The notes: generated from the letters alone by a model not told the origin. Counted from the first letter of the whole stretch, positions 33,887-47,699 are shown. The stretch is DNA of 62,993 bases, filler included, from Cladosporium halotolerans (GCF_011745625.1; 22 parts of 22 records of this genome joined end to end with filler, not necessarily neighbours in it); one strand, 5' to 3'. Numbers and translations are program-made.

Positions 33887-34204
33887 AGACGCAGCCTGGC
33901 TTGTTTCAGGGCAAAGCCTCAACCTTCGAGCTTCTGTTCCTCTTCTCCCACTATCTCTCCATCTCTCCACCATTGCACCCTTTCTGACGCTCTTTTGCGT
34001 CTTTCTTCTTCAGTTCCCTCGCTGGCAGGCCTCACTTGCCTTGGGCTTTGCACCACGTCTACTTTCGAACCATTCCACCGTTGTCACGATTCACGTCAAT
34101 CCGCGGACGGCGGCGTGCGACCGCCTCCGACATATCGCTTGCCTCAGCGTTCGTCGAGATTGACTGAGCTGCCTCAGGGCAATGGTCTGCGATCGGGCGC
34201 TGCT

Positions 34205-34460
34205 GCGCACGTATACCGATCCGTTTTCTCCAGAGAACGGATGGGCATCCGTGCGCGACGCTATCGCAGCGGCTAGGATAGCCCGGCATGCGCTTCGAAG
34301 CCAGCCTCTGCAGTCTCCAGCCTCCGCAGTCCCCAGCCTACACAGTCTCAAGCCACAACGTCTGTTCTCCACCATCCCACTGCCGCGCACGGACGCCGAT
34401 TCGTTCTCTTCAGAGAACGGATGGGCGTCCATGCGCGACGCTACCGCTGCGGCTCGGACA
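34205..34460. repeat. Imperfect ~75-bp direct duplication, 180-bp period
   Basis: GCGCACG...CAGAGAACGGATGGGC.TCC.TGCGCGACGCTA.CGC.GCGGCT.GGA.AG at 34205 and 34385. Confidence 0.85.
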
Positions 34461-35252
34461 GTAAGTCAAGCAAGCCATGTGAGCGCACCCTTGAGTGTCG
34501 CTGGCCACATCTCTCTTTTCTCTCATCCCACTTTCTGTTTCTTCCTTTTCCCTGTTGAACTTCGACTTCAACATGGAACGACTCGGGCGGCACACCCTTC
34601 GGTGTCGCTGGCAACATTATGTTTCTTCTCATATCACTTCCTGTCTCTCTCGTCTTCCATGTTGACCTTCGCGTCCAAAGTCGAGCGGCTCACACGGCTG
34701 AACGTCCCAGATGCTAATCTCACTGGCCACGATCATGATTGTCCAGACCAAGGCCTGCAGCGCATGCCGTCGTCGACGCGTCTGTCGGGTAGCAACACAA
34801 CCACGCAGGGGCTTCTTGGCCTTTGGCTGACAGGGTCGCTCAAGCATGGAGCCGGTCGGGCTTGATACTGGAACGGCACTCCAACGCCTACCGAGTCTAC
34901 CGATGCGCCGGCGATGGGGCGAACGAGCGCCAAGAGACGGAGCGTCAGTTTCGGGCGGATTCACTTTCAGCGCCGGTGCCACGAACAGGGCATGTGAAGG
35001 AAGATTAGTATGTCCACACCGAGGGTGCCTCAGCCTGCCGCACACGCGGCCCTTCTGTCCCGTCCAAACCATCACCTTGATGACTGTGGCCGCCTGGCGC
35101 TAGGAAAAGGTCTTCGGTCTTTGGGAAGAGCAGCTTTTGATCTTTTCGAAGGNNNNNNNNNNNNNNNNNNNNNNNNNNNNNNNNNNNNNNNNNNNNTTAA
35201 TTAATTAANNNNNNNNNNNNNNNNNNNNNNNNNNNNNNNNNNNNNNNNNNNN

Positions 35253-35351
35253 GGACGGTTCTCAATACAGCTGAGGATCAGTTCCGCCAGCTTGTAGGTG
35301 CGGATAGCCCCGTAGCTTGGCAAGGTCCCAAAACTTTCGGAGAATCGGAGG
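35253..35351 (-). mobile_element. 5' terminus of a third Tc1-like DD36E relative
   Basis: CTCAATACA...CCCGT.GCTTGGCAA.....AAAACTTTCGGAGAA.CGGAGG aligns with 25510-25591. Confidence 0.75.
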
Positions 35352-35621
35352 AACTGAAATGCTTGGCATCACGTGGAATGGGTAGTCGTCACTGGCAAGG
35401 TAGATGTTGACATGCTGCTAGGATCTCTCCATCTATGGTTGTTGCATGACGTGGCATACCGCGCTCAGAGCATACCATCACTCGAAGGGGCAGCTAAAAG
35501 GAAACGCGAGAGACCAACTGCGGCGATGCTACTCAAGCAATGGTCAAATACGTAGGAAGGAACCATTCAAATCTCCTGGCTTAGACAGCTAGCGAAATCG
35601 AGACCATTCAACAGCGCATCT

Positions 35622-36353
35622 TTAATGTCCTCTGACGTTTCCTTCTCTGCAAGTTCCTCCAATGTCTACAGTGCCTTCTCCTCTACTTGTGGCGCTAGCG
35701 GCATGGGGAGTTTCAGAGATCATCGTTTCTCCGTCGTCCTTTTTCTCTGCCCGGACAGTTGCGACTCTGCCTTCGCTATGGTTGCTATCGCAGTGAGATA
35801 CAGACCAGCTAGTGAGCCTTTGCGACATCCCGACCGGCGCTGCGTCATTTTCAGTTCCAAGCATCTCAAGCGTGAGACGATTTTCAGGAAGGGGCTGCTT
35901 TGTGAGTGACACTCGACCCAGAGCGTTGAGAGTTCGCCGCGCATGTGCGTCCAGCGCTCTCCATGCCTCGTCAAGAAGGTGGAGCCAGGAATCAAAAGCT
36001 TTCGCTGACATTTTCAGAATATGCCTGTCGGGAACGCGGCTCGGCAGTAGAGCAAGGAAAGCGCCATCGCCACCGGAAAGATCTCGCAGTTCAAGCCAAC
36101 GCTTCCCTTGTCTCAACCGATCTTGCAGTCTGGCCATATCAGCGTATGCTGCCGAATTCGATGCTTCCTTTTCCGGCTCCTCGATCGTGCCGTGCTTGGG
36201 GTAAATCGCGCGGAGGTCGGCGACGAGAAACACCTGTACGTGGTGCCGGCTACGAACCTGAGATGTCTTCATCTCAGAGCCAAGTTTTCTCACGGTGGAG
36301 CTGGGTTGGGCGGCGTGGTTCGCACAAAGGGATTGTAACTGGAAGGCAGCCAC
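35622..36353 (-). CDS. Hypothetical protein, possibly a degenerate fragment
   Basis: Globular-looking segment RLRQGKRWLELRDLSGGDGAFLALLP. The start is not resolved. Confidence 0.35.
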   Translation of the reverse strand: MAAFQLQSLCANHAAQPSSTVRKLGSEMKTSQVRSRHHVQVFLVADLRAIYPKHGTIEEPEKEASNSAAYADMARLQDRLRQGKRWLELRDLSGGDGAFLALLPSRVPDRHILKMSAKAFDSWLHLLDEAWRALDAHARRTLNALGRVSLTKQPLPENRLTLEMLGTENDAAPVGMSQRLTSWSVSHCDSNHSEGRVATVRAEKKDDGETMISETPHAASATSRGEGTVDIGGTCREGNVRGH

Positions 36354-37365
36354 GGCGAGTCGCCAGCCCAGAACAGAGGACTACCACCACAACGCTTTTG
36401 AAAACCATCCGATAACTGCTGATCTGTGTCGGAAGCAGATCCCCTTCGTTTTGTACGAAACGAAGGCAAGAAGAACCGTGGCTTCAGCAGTTAAGAGGAC
36501 ACCTCTGGGATTTTGCAGAGTTTTCACGCCGAAGCTCTTGTTAACCATCTCAAACGAAGCTCCTGTTAACCGGGCATTTCGAAGCTCCTATTAACTGAAT
36601 TCACTACTCTTAACACTGTCGGCTTCGAAGCTCTCGTTAAGTCCCTAATCGCCTAGGATGAGCGTTCGCCGTCAGGTACAGAGCCCGCACGCAATGAAGA
36701 GTCACCGGGTCTGAGGACCATCCGAATGGGTGCGAAGAATTACCACGTACTCCCGCCTCGAGCGCCTCGTACGACAGTTCAATCGAAAGCGAAGCCGGAC
36801 ACGGGCAAAGCAGGAGAAAACAGGGAAGAGAATGGAGATGAAAGATAGGCATAGCAGGAAGAGATGGACAGGCACAGCAGGGAGAGATGGACAGGCACAG
36901 CAGGCTGGAGATGATGAGAATTTTGGTTAGTGGTCAATGGCAGGGAGTGTCGCCGCATGGCAATGGGTGGCATTCTGAAGCAGGGCTGCGAGGCATGGTC
37001 GGCCTTAATGAGAGGGGAGACCCGGTAAGGTATCGCGAAGGAAGGTCACTTCTGAGGCGAGGCATTCAATGACAGCGACTGGGACACTGTTTGGATGGCC
37101 CGAGAGGACAGGAAGCGCATGCCGGTCAGAACGAGAGCCTGACTTGTTGCTTATTCAGAACGAGGGTGGGACACCTCTGGCTCAAGGAGTGAACTGTAGG
37201 TAGGATATGGGAATGGGTTTGGCCCTGGCCCTGAACCCGAACCATCACAAAAGCCGTCACTGGCACAAAGACACAGATGGGGGGAAGGTATTATGGTGGG
37301 TGCGTGCACACCCTGTCGAAGCCATTGTAAAGTAGAGACCTAGGTATCTACTGTGCACTATCTAC

Positions 37366-37998
37366 CGGTCGGTATAGCGGGCAACATTGTGCGTTGGGTG
37401 GACTCGTTTTTGTCAGACCGTCGGGCCATGTTGGTGATCGATGGGAGGACGGGCGAGACCCGCAGCATCCAAGCAGGCCTGCCGCAAGGATCACCGATAT
37501 CGCCGATACTGTTCATCCTGTCTGTCAGCGAAATGTTCCAGTGGCTAGAGAACAGACACCCTTGGCTTCAAGCCATATCGTTCGTGGACGATGTAGGGCT
37601 AGTGACGGAATGTCACAACCTGGGCGATGGCACAATGCAGCTTGAAGCAATTGCCAGAGATGCAATACAATGGGGCTCGGACAACAAAGTCGAGTTCGAA
37701 GTCAGCAAGACCGAGATACTCGTCTTCAGCAGACGCCGCAAGGTTCTGCAAGACGCAAAATCCGTAGCAGTCCGCATCGGAGAGCAGACCTTCACCATCA
37801 AACAGGAGGCGACCAGATGGCTTGGCTTCTGGCTAGATTCGAAGCTGTTGTTCAAGACACACTTCGAAAATAGGATGGCCAGCGCAAGAGGGGCTCTACA
37901 GCGGGTATCCAGCCTCAGCAGGAGTAATGGCGGCTTGTCCGTCAACTTGACGCGGAGGGTAGTAGTGGCCGCAGTGACCTCCGTGGCCATGTACGGAT
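37366..37998 (+). mobile_element. 5'-truncated Tad1-like LINE RT fragment
   Basis: GIAGNIVRWVDSFLSDR...GLPQGSPISP...FVDD...WLGFWLD; a close paralogue of the RT core within 29550-32209. Confidence 0.93.
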
Positions 37999-40940
37999 NN
38001 NNNNNNNNNNNNNNNNNNNNNNNNNNNNNNNNNNNNNNNNNNTTAATTAATTAANNNNNNNNNNNNNNNNNNNNNNNNNNNNNNNNNNNNNNNNNNNNGT
38101 CAACTCTGACACAACGCTTGTCAACCCCAATTTTCCGGTTCTTTTGGGGGTCATGACAAAAGCAGTGCCTGCGACTTGTGGCGTTGCGACGCACCGGTAT
38201 TCCCAATCCAAACTGCATCAGCGTATGCTTGGCTGGAAACGGACGAAGTCTGATTGCAGCTGCCGAGCATACAACCTTCATCATCAAATTCGTGACCGGC
38301 AAGGTATTTGACCACGGATCTCCCCTCATCCATGAGTCCAGCCTTCTTCCCCAAAAGGTGCGCTTCGACAAAGCCGCAGCTGGCTCGCATGGGCTTCGTC
38401 ACGGTGTGAGTCGCTAGCCACGAACATGTGGCTCTGCTGAAGTCGTGCATCATGCGCATGGCACATTCGTTCTGGCCTAAGTGATTGAATAGTCAGGTAG
38501 GTACCGGTGCGCCCTGTACATGTTGCACAGATTGGTCCAAGACTTGCAAACAGTTGCCATGGTCTAGAGGAGGATAGCGACGCTCCATCCAGGAGAACAA
38601 CAATTCCTTGAAGTGTTCGACCTTGTGCGTGCGCGCGTCACTGGCGATCGCAAGCAGAGAGGTTGTGCTGGGCGGTGTTAACGCTATATCGATCGCTAGA
38701 ACGATGCAGTCAGTAATCTCATCAGTCATGGTGACATTTTCCACATTCACGACATGTCCGACTGACATATCTGTCGACGCCGGGGCGCTAGCAATACCTA
38801 CAGGACCCTTAGACAAATCTTTCGAGAGCCAGGGAGACAGTACTTGTAAGACTTTGTCGAAGCTTGTCAATAGCGCGTCGACATGAGGATCTACCTTGCC
38901 TTGTCCAAGCGAGCCGTAGGGTTGTCCGCGATCCCTAAGCTTGCTGTACAAAGTCGACCCTGGAGAAGGTGTAGAAGCAATGCCGTGGGTCTTGAGCACG
39001 GAACGAGTGATGACGGTGACAATGAACGAAATCAAGAAGAGGAAGAATTGCAGTCGAAAGAGACATGCCGGAGAGGGGACGTTCGTGTCAAATATCGTTT
39101 GGTCTTCACCGAGAGGGAACCCGACCGCGCTCGAACGGCCAAATCGGGCAGCCGAGGCAGTGCATCGCTTGTGAGGGCAAGTGACTTGCTGGACGATTGG
39201 CGGAAGGCTGTCCTATTGGGCGCGGGCATTTCGAACTGTCGACCCCCTGTCCGCTAGTGCATGGACATGTTTAGACACTTGCCCTTCCAAAACAAAGGTG
39301 ACTTCATAGTCGGTACATTGGACAAGGATGTGCACTCATGATGGATCATTGCACCCAAGGCTACCCTTGCCGCACATTACGCGACATTAAAGCTTGACCA
39401 TCTAAAAGAACACTACCAATTGTGTAAGAGCACATCTAAATTCATCATGAGACCCACTGATTATAATAAACATCAAACGGCCTATGCTGACGAGAATCAT
39501 TAGCGGAAGTTCAAGTCGCAATTCCAGACTGACCAGTGAAGGTCAGAGATCCGGGCATATCTGTCGAGGCGCCACCCGGCTAATTGAACCAAAATTGTGT
39601 CAACACATCCACACGAGAAAACATCATCGACCCCGATATAGAAATGCGAGCGACCCGTTAACGGGCAAAATTACTGGTTGAGATATCAGAAAAAACAAAT
39701 TCATTTACGAGGGGATATACAAAAGAAAAGATTGCACGGGCATCAGTCAGCGCAGCACTAAAGAGCACACCTGCCGCGCAACAGCGGCACATCATTGGCT
39801 AGACGTTGCCTCTGAACCCGACTTTCGAATTCGAAATTGCGCAAGTGGCCATTGCAAGGTGCAACGTGCATTCAATAATATGACTACGCACACATAGCTA
39901 GATGTCAAACTGTCGTGCGACACATTAAGGATTTACGTCATCAATACTCGGCACAAGCGTGGTTTGCAAAGGTTGATCTATCATACGTGTGACCTTGCAC
40001 AGCGCGCCTTACCTTCCGAAATCAGCTGACGATACACGGCGCGTTTGAACGGCGCCTTTTTCAAACGCGCATCACGAAAGACGTCGCAAGGTTGCTGAAG
40101 GTGCGCGATGCTCGAAGCTATATCTCTGGGCATCGCCTGCGGAGTAGCTTAGCACGTCACGCTTATGATGGCTTGGTCATGTTATTCGTCGCGTTGGTTT
40201 TGTACCTGTGATGTACGACTGTTCACCTGGATCGCATGTGTCATTGGCAATCGTTCTTTCGGTTCTGTCTTATCTTTCGTCTTGCTGGAACCTGCAGAAA
40301 TCTGGTAGTGGAGCTGAACGTGACTGCAGCATTGACGAAAGCCTCATTCCCATGTTTGTGCAACCGTCAACCGTCAACCATACAAGACCAGGTTGCATGA
40401 TCAACTTTACAGGCGATGATCTCTACAGCAATTGACTCAAGCTTGCAATTGTCTCAGGATTGAAGCGTTTGCTCGCGATGGTCTGCCAACATCGCAAACC
40501 AGACATGTACGGTATCATGAATCCTGCTTTTCCACGTCAATTTCCTGCCGGCCGACAGCATGGCTTTCCGCGCAATGTATGCAATCTGATGGAGTTGAAC
40601 CAGTACAGCCACTGTCAACTTCGTAAGGTCATGTTCTCGGTCTACACAAATGGAACACCATCATCCTCATTGTGGAAGTAGATGTACAAACGTGTCATGT
40701 CATCCAAAGATACGCTGGACAACAACAATTCGCACAAAACCTGAGTCTTCAACAACAGATGCAGAATCACTAGGTGAATGATTTGACAACGGCCACGTCA
40801 GCAATTCTCCTCACTAGACATCATGTTCTTCGCTACTTTTNNNNNNNNNNNNNNNNNNNNNNNNNNNNNNNNNNNNNNNNNNNNTTAATTAATTAANNNN
40901 NNNNNNNNNNNNNNNNNNNNNNNNNNNNNNNNNNNNNNNN

Positions 40941-42600
40941 TGTGTTTGTTTCAACCTCTTCGAGCCAGATGTAAACTTTTGGACGTAAATAGTGTGTTGC
41001 CCTTTAGGTGCTTAGCGCCGGGCGGAATAAAGTTCATCACTGTTTACGTCTCAAAGTTTACGTCCTATCTTGGTGGGGTTGGAACAAAGCACCCAAACTC
41101 ATTGTCCTTCACCATTGAAGTCAGGCCAACGACATGTAACTCTCTCAGTTTGGAAGGCTCGTGATTACTGGTCGGCGAGTGTTCTTGAAGATGTGTTTCC
41201 AAGTGTTCATCGTCCTATCCTCGGCAGATGGAGCGGGGGCCTGCCGTGTGCACGAGTGTGCTTGGGGTGGGGTGGTGTTCGTGGTAAGTAGGGTATGGGT
41301 TTCCCAGTCGCCGTCGTCATTCAGTATCTACCTCTTCGTCTGCCTTCTCGTGCTGGTGTCTCGTTCGAAACGTTTGGTAGCCAGGGCGAAGCAGATCACA
41401 GCTCGCACTGCATCCATGTCCGGGCTCCAATCGTCGGAATCTGTGAGGGCTTTGCCTCCAAGCAGACGGAAGAGGTCGTCTTCGCCTGCCCGTACGCCCA
41501 AGATCTCCCGCTGCTTGCTCCACCTAGCACAACGAAAGATGAAGTGCTCTCTCGACTCGACTGTTTCGCCACATTCACAGAGATTCGTTTCCACTGCTTT
41601 GATGTTGTGCAAGTACCCATTCAGTGGTGTCATGCCTGTGCGAAGCTGCGCGAGAACACTCGCCTGTCTCTTGCTGAGCTCGTCGTACATGCGCCGGGTG
41701 TGGCTGCCGGGCCACGCAATGTCGCTCTGCGCACGACTTCCCCAAACGTCATCGGTATCTGCGCAGTCGCTTGCGCCAGGCGTTCTTGGGAGTTTTGGAC
41801 CATTCTCTTGGTCAGGCTGGGTCGGTCTCTGGTCACGCGTCCCTCATCTGTGGACCGCTGGGAACGTCGATGGTGTCGTCTGGTTGGAGAGCATCCTCAA
41901 GTTACTCGGGTGGCTGCCCGGCGGAGTACGTGCGACGTCGGCATACGAAGGATTTTGGCTCGATGGTTGAGTGCTCGATGGATGACTACTAGATAGCCTT
42001 TTCGACGATGACTGTGACCTGCTCTTGAACGATAGATGTAACCTGCTGTCAGACTATGGTAGTAGCCTGCTGTTGAATGATCGCAGTGACCTTCTCTGTA
42101 ACAATGTTCATGACCTCTCGCTGCACTACCTCCTTGATCTCCCAACGAACTACCTCACTCACCTGCTGTTGCACGGCGCTCTTGACCTCGTTCCTAATTG
42201 CCTCTACATATCTCGCGTTGTACAGTGACCTTCAGTTGCTCTTGCAAAATCTCCCTTACCTCTTCCGATACGGTCTCCTTCACTTGGCTGATGTCCGGTA
42301 CTTGTTCGATGGCCTCATGAACCAGGGCGAAGCGCTCGTCTACAGACTCCCGCACGCCGGCGATACCCTTCAAAACATTGTCCAGCCGAGACTCCGAAGT
42401 TTTGCTGCTCTTTCCTGATGTTTTAGACAGAGCTGTCTCCTTTGCCAATATTCCTTGGTGCAATTTCCGATAGTCGACCTCGGTGCGTGAGACGCGTTGT
42501 CTGCTGCGACGCGCCCCGTCCGGCTGCGACGGCGGGCGCACAACGGCAGTCATTGACGAGTATGCCTAGAGGGCACAGTATCTACGCGATGAATAGCTTT
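40941..42600 (-). mobile_element. Internally deleted Tad1-like LINE (ORF1 N-terminus joined to ORF2 C-terminus and 3' UTR)
   Basis: ORF1 starts at 42553 with VQEQVT repeats up to NQTTPSTF (matching 43769-43960). It then jumps at ~41860 to AWPGSHTRRMYD...LAQLRTGMTPLNGYL..CECG..EHFIFRC (stop 41328). The end is GAAACAAACACA. Confidence 0.88.
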
Positions 42601-43224
42601 TTCTTTAATAAATCGAACAAGTTTCAAAATTTCACCAGCCGATAGACCGATGCAGCAGCCGCACCAGATCGCTGATTGGACTTGCACGCTTTGCGCCCGC
42701 GTCCAACTGCGGGGGAGACTTTCGCCACCTCGAAAAGCAGCCCAGCAGCGACCTCACGCCTGCGCAATCGCGTCGGCAACATCGTGTATCGCCTTCGAGC
42801 TCCGTTCCAGATTTTTGAACATGCTTCCAATACCTCACGGTATCAGCCTTTCGTCTCAAAAGCCGTGCACTCATCCAGCAGTGACGCCATCAGTGCAAAA
42901 CGCTTCGGAGAAGCGACCGATGCCCTTCACCAGTATCACAACCGCACCTCCAGCGTTTTGCATGTTGAAGCTACAAGCCATCAGCCATCATCCAGATCAC
43001 GGGTCGAAAATGGACGACCGCTTTTCGCCGCGCAGCGCACACTCTGACGAAGTTTTCGCGCAACGCCGTCGGTAAGCAAACGCCGTCAGTGGGTGGCCGC
43101 GCTTTCGTCCTCGGTTCCCTCATTCTCTCGCAATCCCGGCAGCACAGGCTTCCAAATACACCTGCACTAGACCAGCCAGCTGTACCACGCCATCGTGCCT
43201 TGCTTGGTGTGGCACATCCAATCC

Positions 43225-43269
43225 TCCTAGCAACAATCCTAACAACAATCCTAACAACAATCCTTCAAC
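43225..43269. repeat. 12-bp tandem repeat (TCCTAACAACAA, ~3.7 copies)
   Basis: Read directly. GGGGCAGATTCCATGATA also occurs twice nearby (43276, 43330). Confidence 0.85.
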
Positions 43270-43768
43270 GATTCCGGGGCAGATTCCATGATAATGTATA
43301 GGAGGCACGGGCCACCAAATCTGGCAGAAGGGGCAGATTCCATGATACATTGACTGCAGAAGTAATGAAAAGTTACCGGTCGCTTTTCGCTCAAATCTGA
43401 GTCAACTCTCTTCGAGGTACAATTTACTCGACAGATTTTCCATATCAGAAGGTCATGGTGCAACGCTACCGGAAGTTGGAAATTTGGGCATTCTGGCTTG
43501 AAGTTCCAACCCGGAAGCTTAGGCTTAGGGTCAGCGGGCATAATTGCAGTCCGGCTAGATAGAAGGGTACGTCGCAAGCGGCAGTGGCTGGACGCTCGGG
43601 AAAGAGATGACAAATAAGAACATACTGATAAAGATGCGACAAAGCTGTATCTCGCTTCCCAAACATCTNNNNNNNNNNNNNNNNNNNNNNNNNNNNNNNN
43701 NNNNNNNNNNNNTTAATTAATTAANNNNNNNNNNNNNNNNNNNNNNNNNNNNNNNNNNNNNNNNNNNN

Positions 43769-44697
43769 GCATTATTGTACAGGAGAAGGTCACCAGCATT
43801 GTGCAGGAGCAGGTAACGGCGATCGTCGAGAAGAAGCTCTCCAGCATCCAACAGTCGAGTCCGAACCCATCGTATGCCGATATCGCGCGGACACCACCCG
43901 GAAGCCGTCCTAGCAACTTGAGAACAATCTCCAACCAGACAACCCCATCGACTTTCACTGACACGTTGTACTGCACCGTGGACGTGGCCAACGTGGAGGA
44001 AGCGGATAGGGACAATGCGAGCGCGAGCAAGATCAGGCAGGAGATCGAGAAAGAGATGCGCGGAGGAGAGGAAGGAAACAGTTGGCGGTGCGTGGCGGTC
44101 ACAAGGGACCCTCGCAATATCGCTCGCGTCCGCATCACATGTCGAGACGAGAGCGAGCTCGCGCGGGTGAAGGAGGCAGCTGAAAAGACCAAAACGGCGG
44201 GATCGCGCGTGCTGCGGGACCAGTGGTACCCGGTCAAGGTAGATAATGCATGCCGGACGGCGGTGTTGGACGAGTGCGGCGAGCTTCGAACGGGAATCGT
44301 GGAGATGCTGGAAAAGGAGAACGAGGTTAAGATTGCGAGAATTTCATGGCTCAGCCGGAAGGATTTGCCGAAGGCATACGGGTCTATGGTCGTGTACGTG
44401 ACCAAGCGCGCAGACGCAGCAAAGCTGCTGGAGGGCCAATACTTCATTGTAGACGGAGAGTCGGCCTTCACACGGGTCTTCGAGCCCAAACTGGGCCCGA
44501 TGCAGTGCTTCAGGTGCCTGGGTCTCGGGCACAAGGCCTCCTCGTGCACGAAAGCACAGCTTTGTAGCAGGTGCGCTCAGCCGGGTCACCGCCACAGTGA
44601 ATGTCAGGCAGAGAACCCAAGATGTGCTTTATGCGACGGGGCGCACAAGTCGCCCAGCCGCCAATGTCGTACTCTCTACCCAGCGAGCGATGTGTAA
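43769..44697 (+). CDS. Tad1-like LINE ORF1 (gag-like, three Cys/His knuckles), 5'-truncated
   Basis: SYADIART, VLRDQWYPVKVDN, YGSMVVY, CFRCLGLGHKASSC, CSRCAQPGHRHSEC and CALCDGAH...C. Confidence 0.95.
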
Positions 44698-46457
44698 GTC
44701 GATGCAAGTCCTACAACTGAACATGCAAAAGCGGCGAGAGGTTCAGCACAGCGTGATGAACGACGAGCGTCTGGGGGGCTATGCGGCCCTCGTCGTAAGC
44801 GAACCCTACGTTTTCGAAATGGAAGGCAGGGTGAGAACGAGTCCGATGGGACATCACTGCTGGACGGCCATCCTGCCGAGCGAGAGGCACAGCGGACGTT
44901 GGCCGGTGCGAAGCATGCTATGGGTGCGCAAAGACATCGAGTGCGAGCAGGTGAGTGTGCCATCGGCAGATCTCACAGTGGTCCTGCTGCGACTGCCGGA
45001 CAGGTCAGTACTACTGGCGTCAGTTTACGTTGAAGGAGGAAGCGTTGCAGCTTTGGACGAAACGATGAGGCTGCTCGACGACGCTATAAGCGAGGCGCAA
45101 CACAATGGTGGACCGCGCCTCGATATTGTGGTCGCTGGCGATTTCAATCGACACGATCAATTGTGGGGAGGAGACGAGGTCCTGCCGAGCCGACAAGGGG
45201 AGGCGGACCTTATCATTGACTTCATGAATAGATGGAGCCTCGAGAGCCTACTGCCTCGCGGCACCAAGACGTGGCAGAATGCAACGCGGGCTACCACGAT
45301 CGACCTCATGTTGGCATCGCAGGAAATGGCGTCGAACATTCTCAGGTGCAAGATCCACGACACAGAGCACGGGTCGGATCACCGCGCGATCGAGACGTCT
45401 TTTGACGTAGACGTCCCAGATCATGCTACCCAACCGCGGTTATTGTTCAAAAATGCTCCCTGGAAAGCGATCCGAGAGCGCATTGCTCAAGCGCTACAGG
45501 ATCGGCCAGCGTGTGGCGACGTCCAGACACAGGCCGACCGTCTGATGCAGGCTGTGCTGGACGCGGTCAGCACGCTGACGCCCAGAGCCGAGCCGTCACC
45601 GTATGCCAAGCGGTGGTGGACGAAGGATCTCACGAAGCTCCGCCGTGTATACACATACTGGAGGAACAGGGCGCGTGCGCAGAGACGAGGTGGAGGGGCA
45701 CTCCCGGAGCTGGAGCGACAGGCGCGAGCGGCAGCGAAGGAGTACCACGATGCAATACGCAAGCAACAGAGACTGCACTGGGACGAGTTCCTGGCGGAAG
45801 ACACCAACATCTGGAAGGCCACCCGTTACCTCAAGCCAGACGAAGAGGCGGGGTGGTCCAAGATCCCTCCATTACGGAAGGCGGGCGGATCCACGACGAC
45901 TAATAATTCCGAGCAAGCCGAACAGTTGCTCGCTACTTTCTTCCCACCACTACCCGATACTATAGAAGACGAGGGGGATCGACCACAAAGGCAGCCGGTT
46001 CCCACGCCGGCGCTGACCGTGGAAGAGATCGAGTCCTGCCTTACGAAGACTAAGCCCTGGAAGGCCGCAGGCGAAGACGGCCTCCCAGCAGGGGTGTGGA
46101 GGCAGGTATGGCCGGCTGTGAGTGAAAGTGTCCGCCATCTGTTTCAGACGTCCCTCGACACGGGATCGATACCTCAGCAATGGAAAGTCGCAAAGATAAT
46201 CCCGCTCAAGAAGCCGAACAAGGGTGACTATACCCTGGCGAAGGCGTGGAGACCCATCTCACTGCTGTCAACGCTGGGAAAGTTGCTGGAGGCGGTCGTC
46301 GCAGAACGGATCTCGTTCGCGGTAGAGACTTACGGGCTGCTGCCAACCAACCACTTCGGCGCTAGGAAGCAGAGATCGGCGGAGCAGGCACTGCTGCTCC
46401 TCCAGGAACACATTTACACAGCTTGGAGGAACAAGAAAGTGGTTAGCTTGGTCAGTT
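44690..46457 (+). CDS. Tad1-like LINE ORF2 (APE endonuclease and start of RT), 3'-truncated
   Basis: QLN, SEP, GDFNRHD, TIDL and GSDH; then KAAGEDG, WRPISLLSTLGKLLE and HFGAR. The ATG at 44690 overlaps the end of ORF1 by 8 nt. Confidence 0.96.
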
Positions 46458-47699
46458 NNNNNNNNNNNNNNNNNNNNNNNNNNNNNNNNNNNNNNNNNNN
46501 NTTAATTAATTAANNNNNNNNNNNNNNNNNNNNNNNNNNNNNNNNNNNNNNNNNNNNCTCGCATTCAACGGTTCCTTCCACTTTGCCCGCTCGCATGGAT
46601 TCGCCACCCTTGAGCTTCCGAGTCCGATTCACCGTAATCCGGCCTCCCTACCAAGGCGGTGTTGAGGAGGCTTTCTCACCGTGGATCATTGCTTCGTCAA
46701 GTCTTGGCCAGTCGCCGGCACGAGACTCTCCCTGATGGACAATGGACCGACGGGTCTGCTCACCGATCACGCCTACACTCTCTAGCAGCATCTAAAAGTC
46801 CAGCACTCACCCTCTTCTTGCACTGGTGGTGCGCCAGCCGCCGCTCACTTCCATCTGGGCAAATTGTCTGACCAAGCTGTGCGGAGGGAATTGTGCGCCG
46901 CCTTCGACGAGGGGGGGGAGTCGCTCGGCTTGTTGCCCGCAGCGCCCGTCGACGCTACCACTCTAGATCGCCGTCTGATCGCTCTGATTCAATCGATCTG
47001 TCGGAGGTGCCTGGGTCAGAGAAGATCTTCCGTGGGGCCTACAGTACGGGGAGCAGGAAGGACGTTCATGCCAGTCAACAAGACCCCCAAGTCAGCATCT
47101 TGCTTCGCAAGTCCGCCGCGGCCGAGTCCCGAGATGATGGCGACATCTTGACCTTGGAGCGCGGACATTCAAAGGGGCTTTCGGCGTTGCAGAAGATAGC
47201 TGGCTCGCTGGCAGATCAGTGGACAACGCAAAGATCTGTCCTTGGGCACAGCGCAGAGATCTGGCATTTGGGACGAAGAAAAAGTCTTGTTCCTGGGGAC
47301 AGAGCTGGACAGCAGCAGTAAAAGAGCTTGAAGCCCGTACAGTAACGTTATCTGGTTTCACGAGAGCTACAGTTGACGTGCGGGAGGGTGCCGACTTCGC
47401 AGCATTAGCCAGGTGTATCGCTGGCGCATGTCAAGACCAGTTGCTACTGTAATATCCATGCGACACGCCTGCGCTCCGCAGGTTATGCGCACATGGCCGC
47501 CAAGCACCGCGCTTGCACCACTTGCTCAATCAAGTGCATGTGGCGGTTGCCGTGAGCGTAACATGCGTATCACATGCGCTCGAAGTGCGAGGAGCATATA
47601 GGTGAAAGCAGCTCTTTCCTCAACCTGCGCTCTTGCTCGTCAACTTCGACCTTCGCCCAACACACATACATCGCTGCCTCAGCCGCGGTCACCACCTAT

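Noticed and set aside
38151..39229. Chain of minus-strand ORFs as one gene
   Set aside because: No recognisable motif, and I could not build a consistent splice model.
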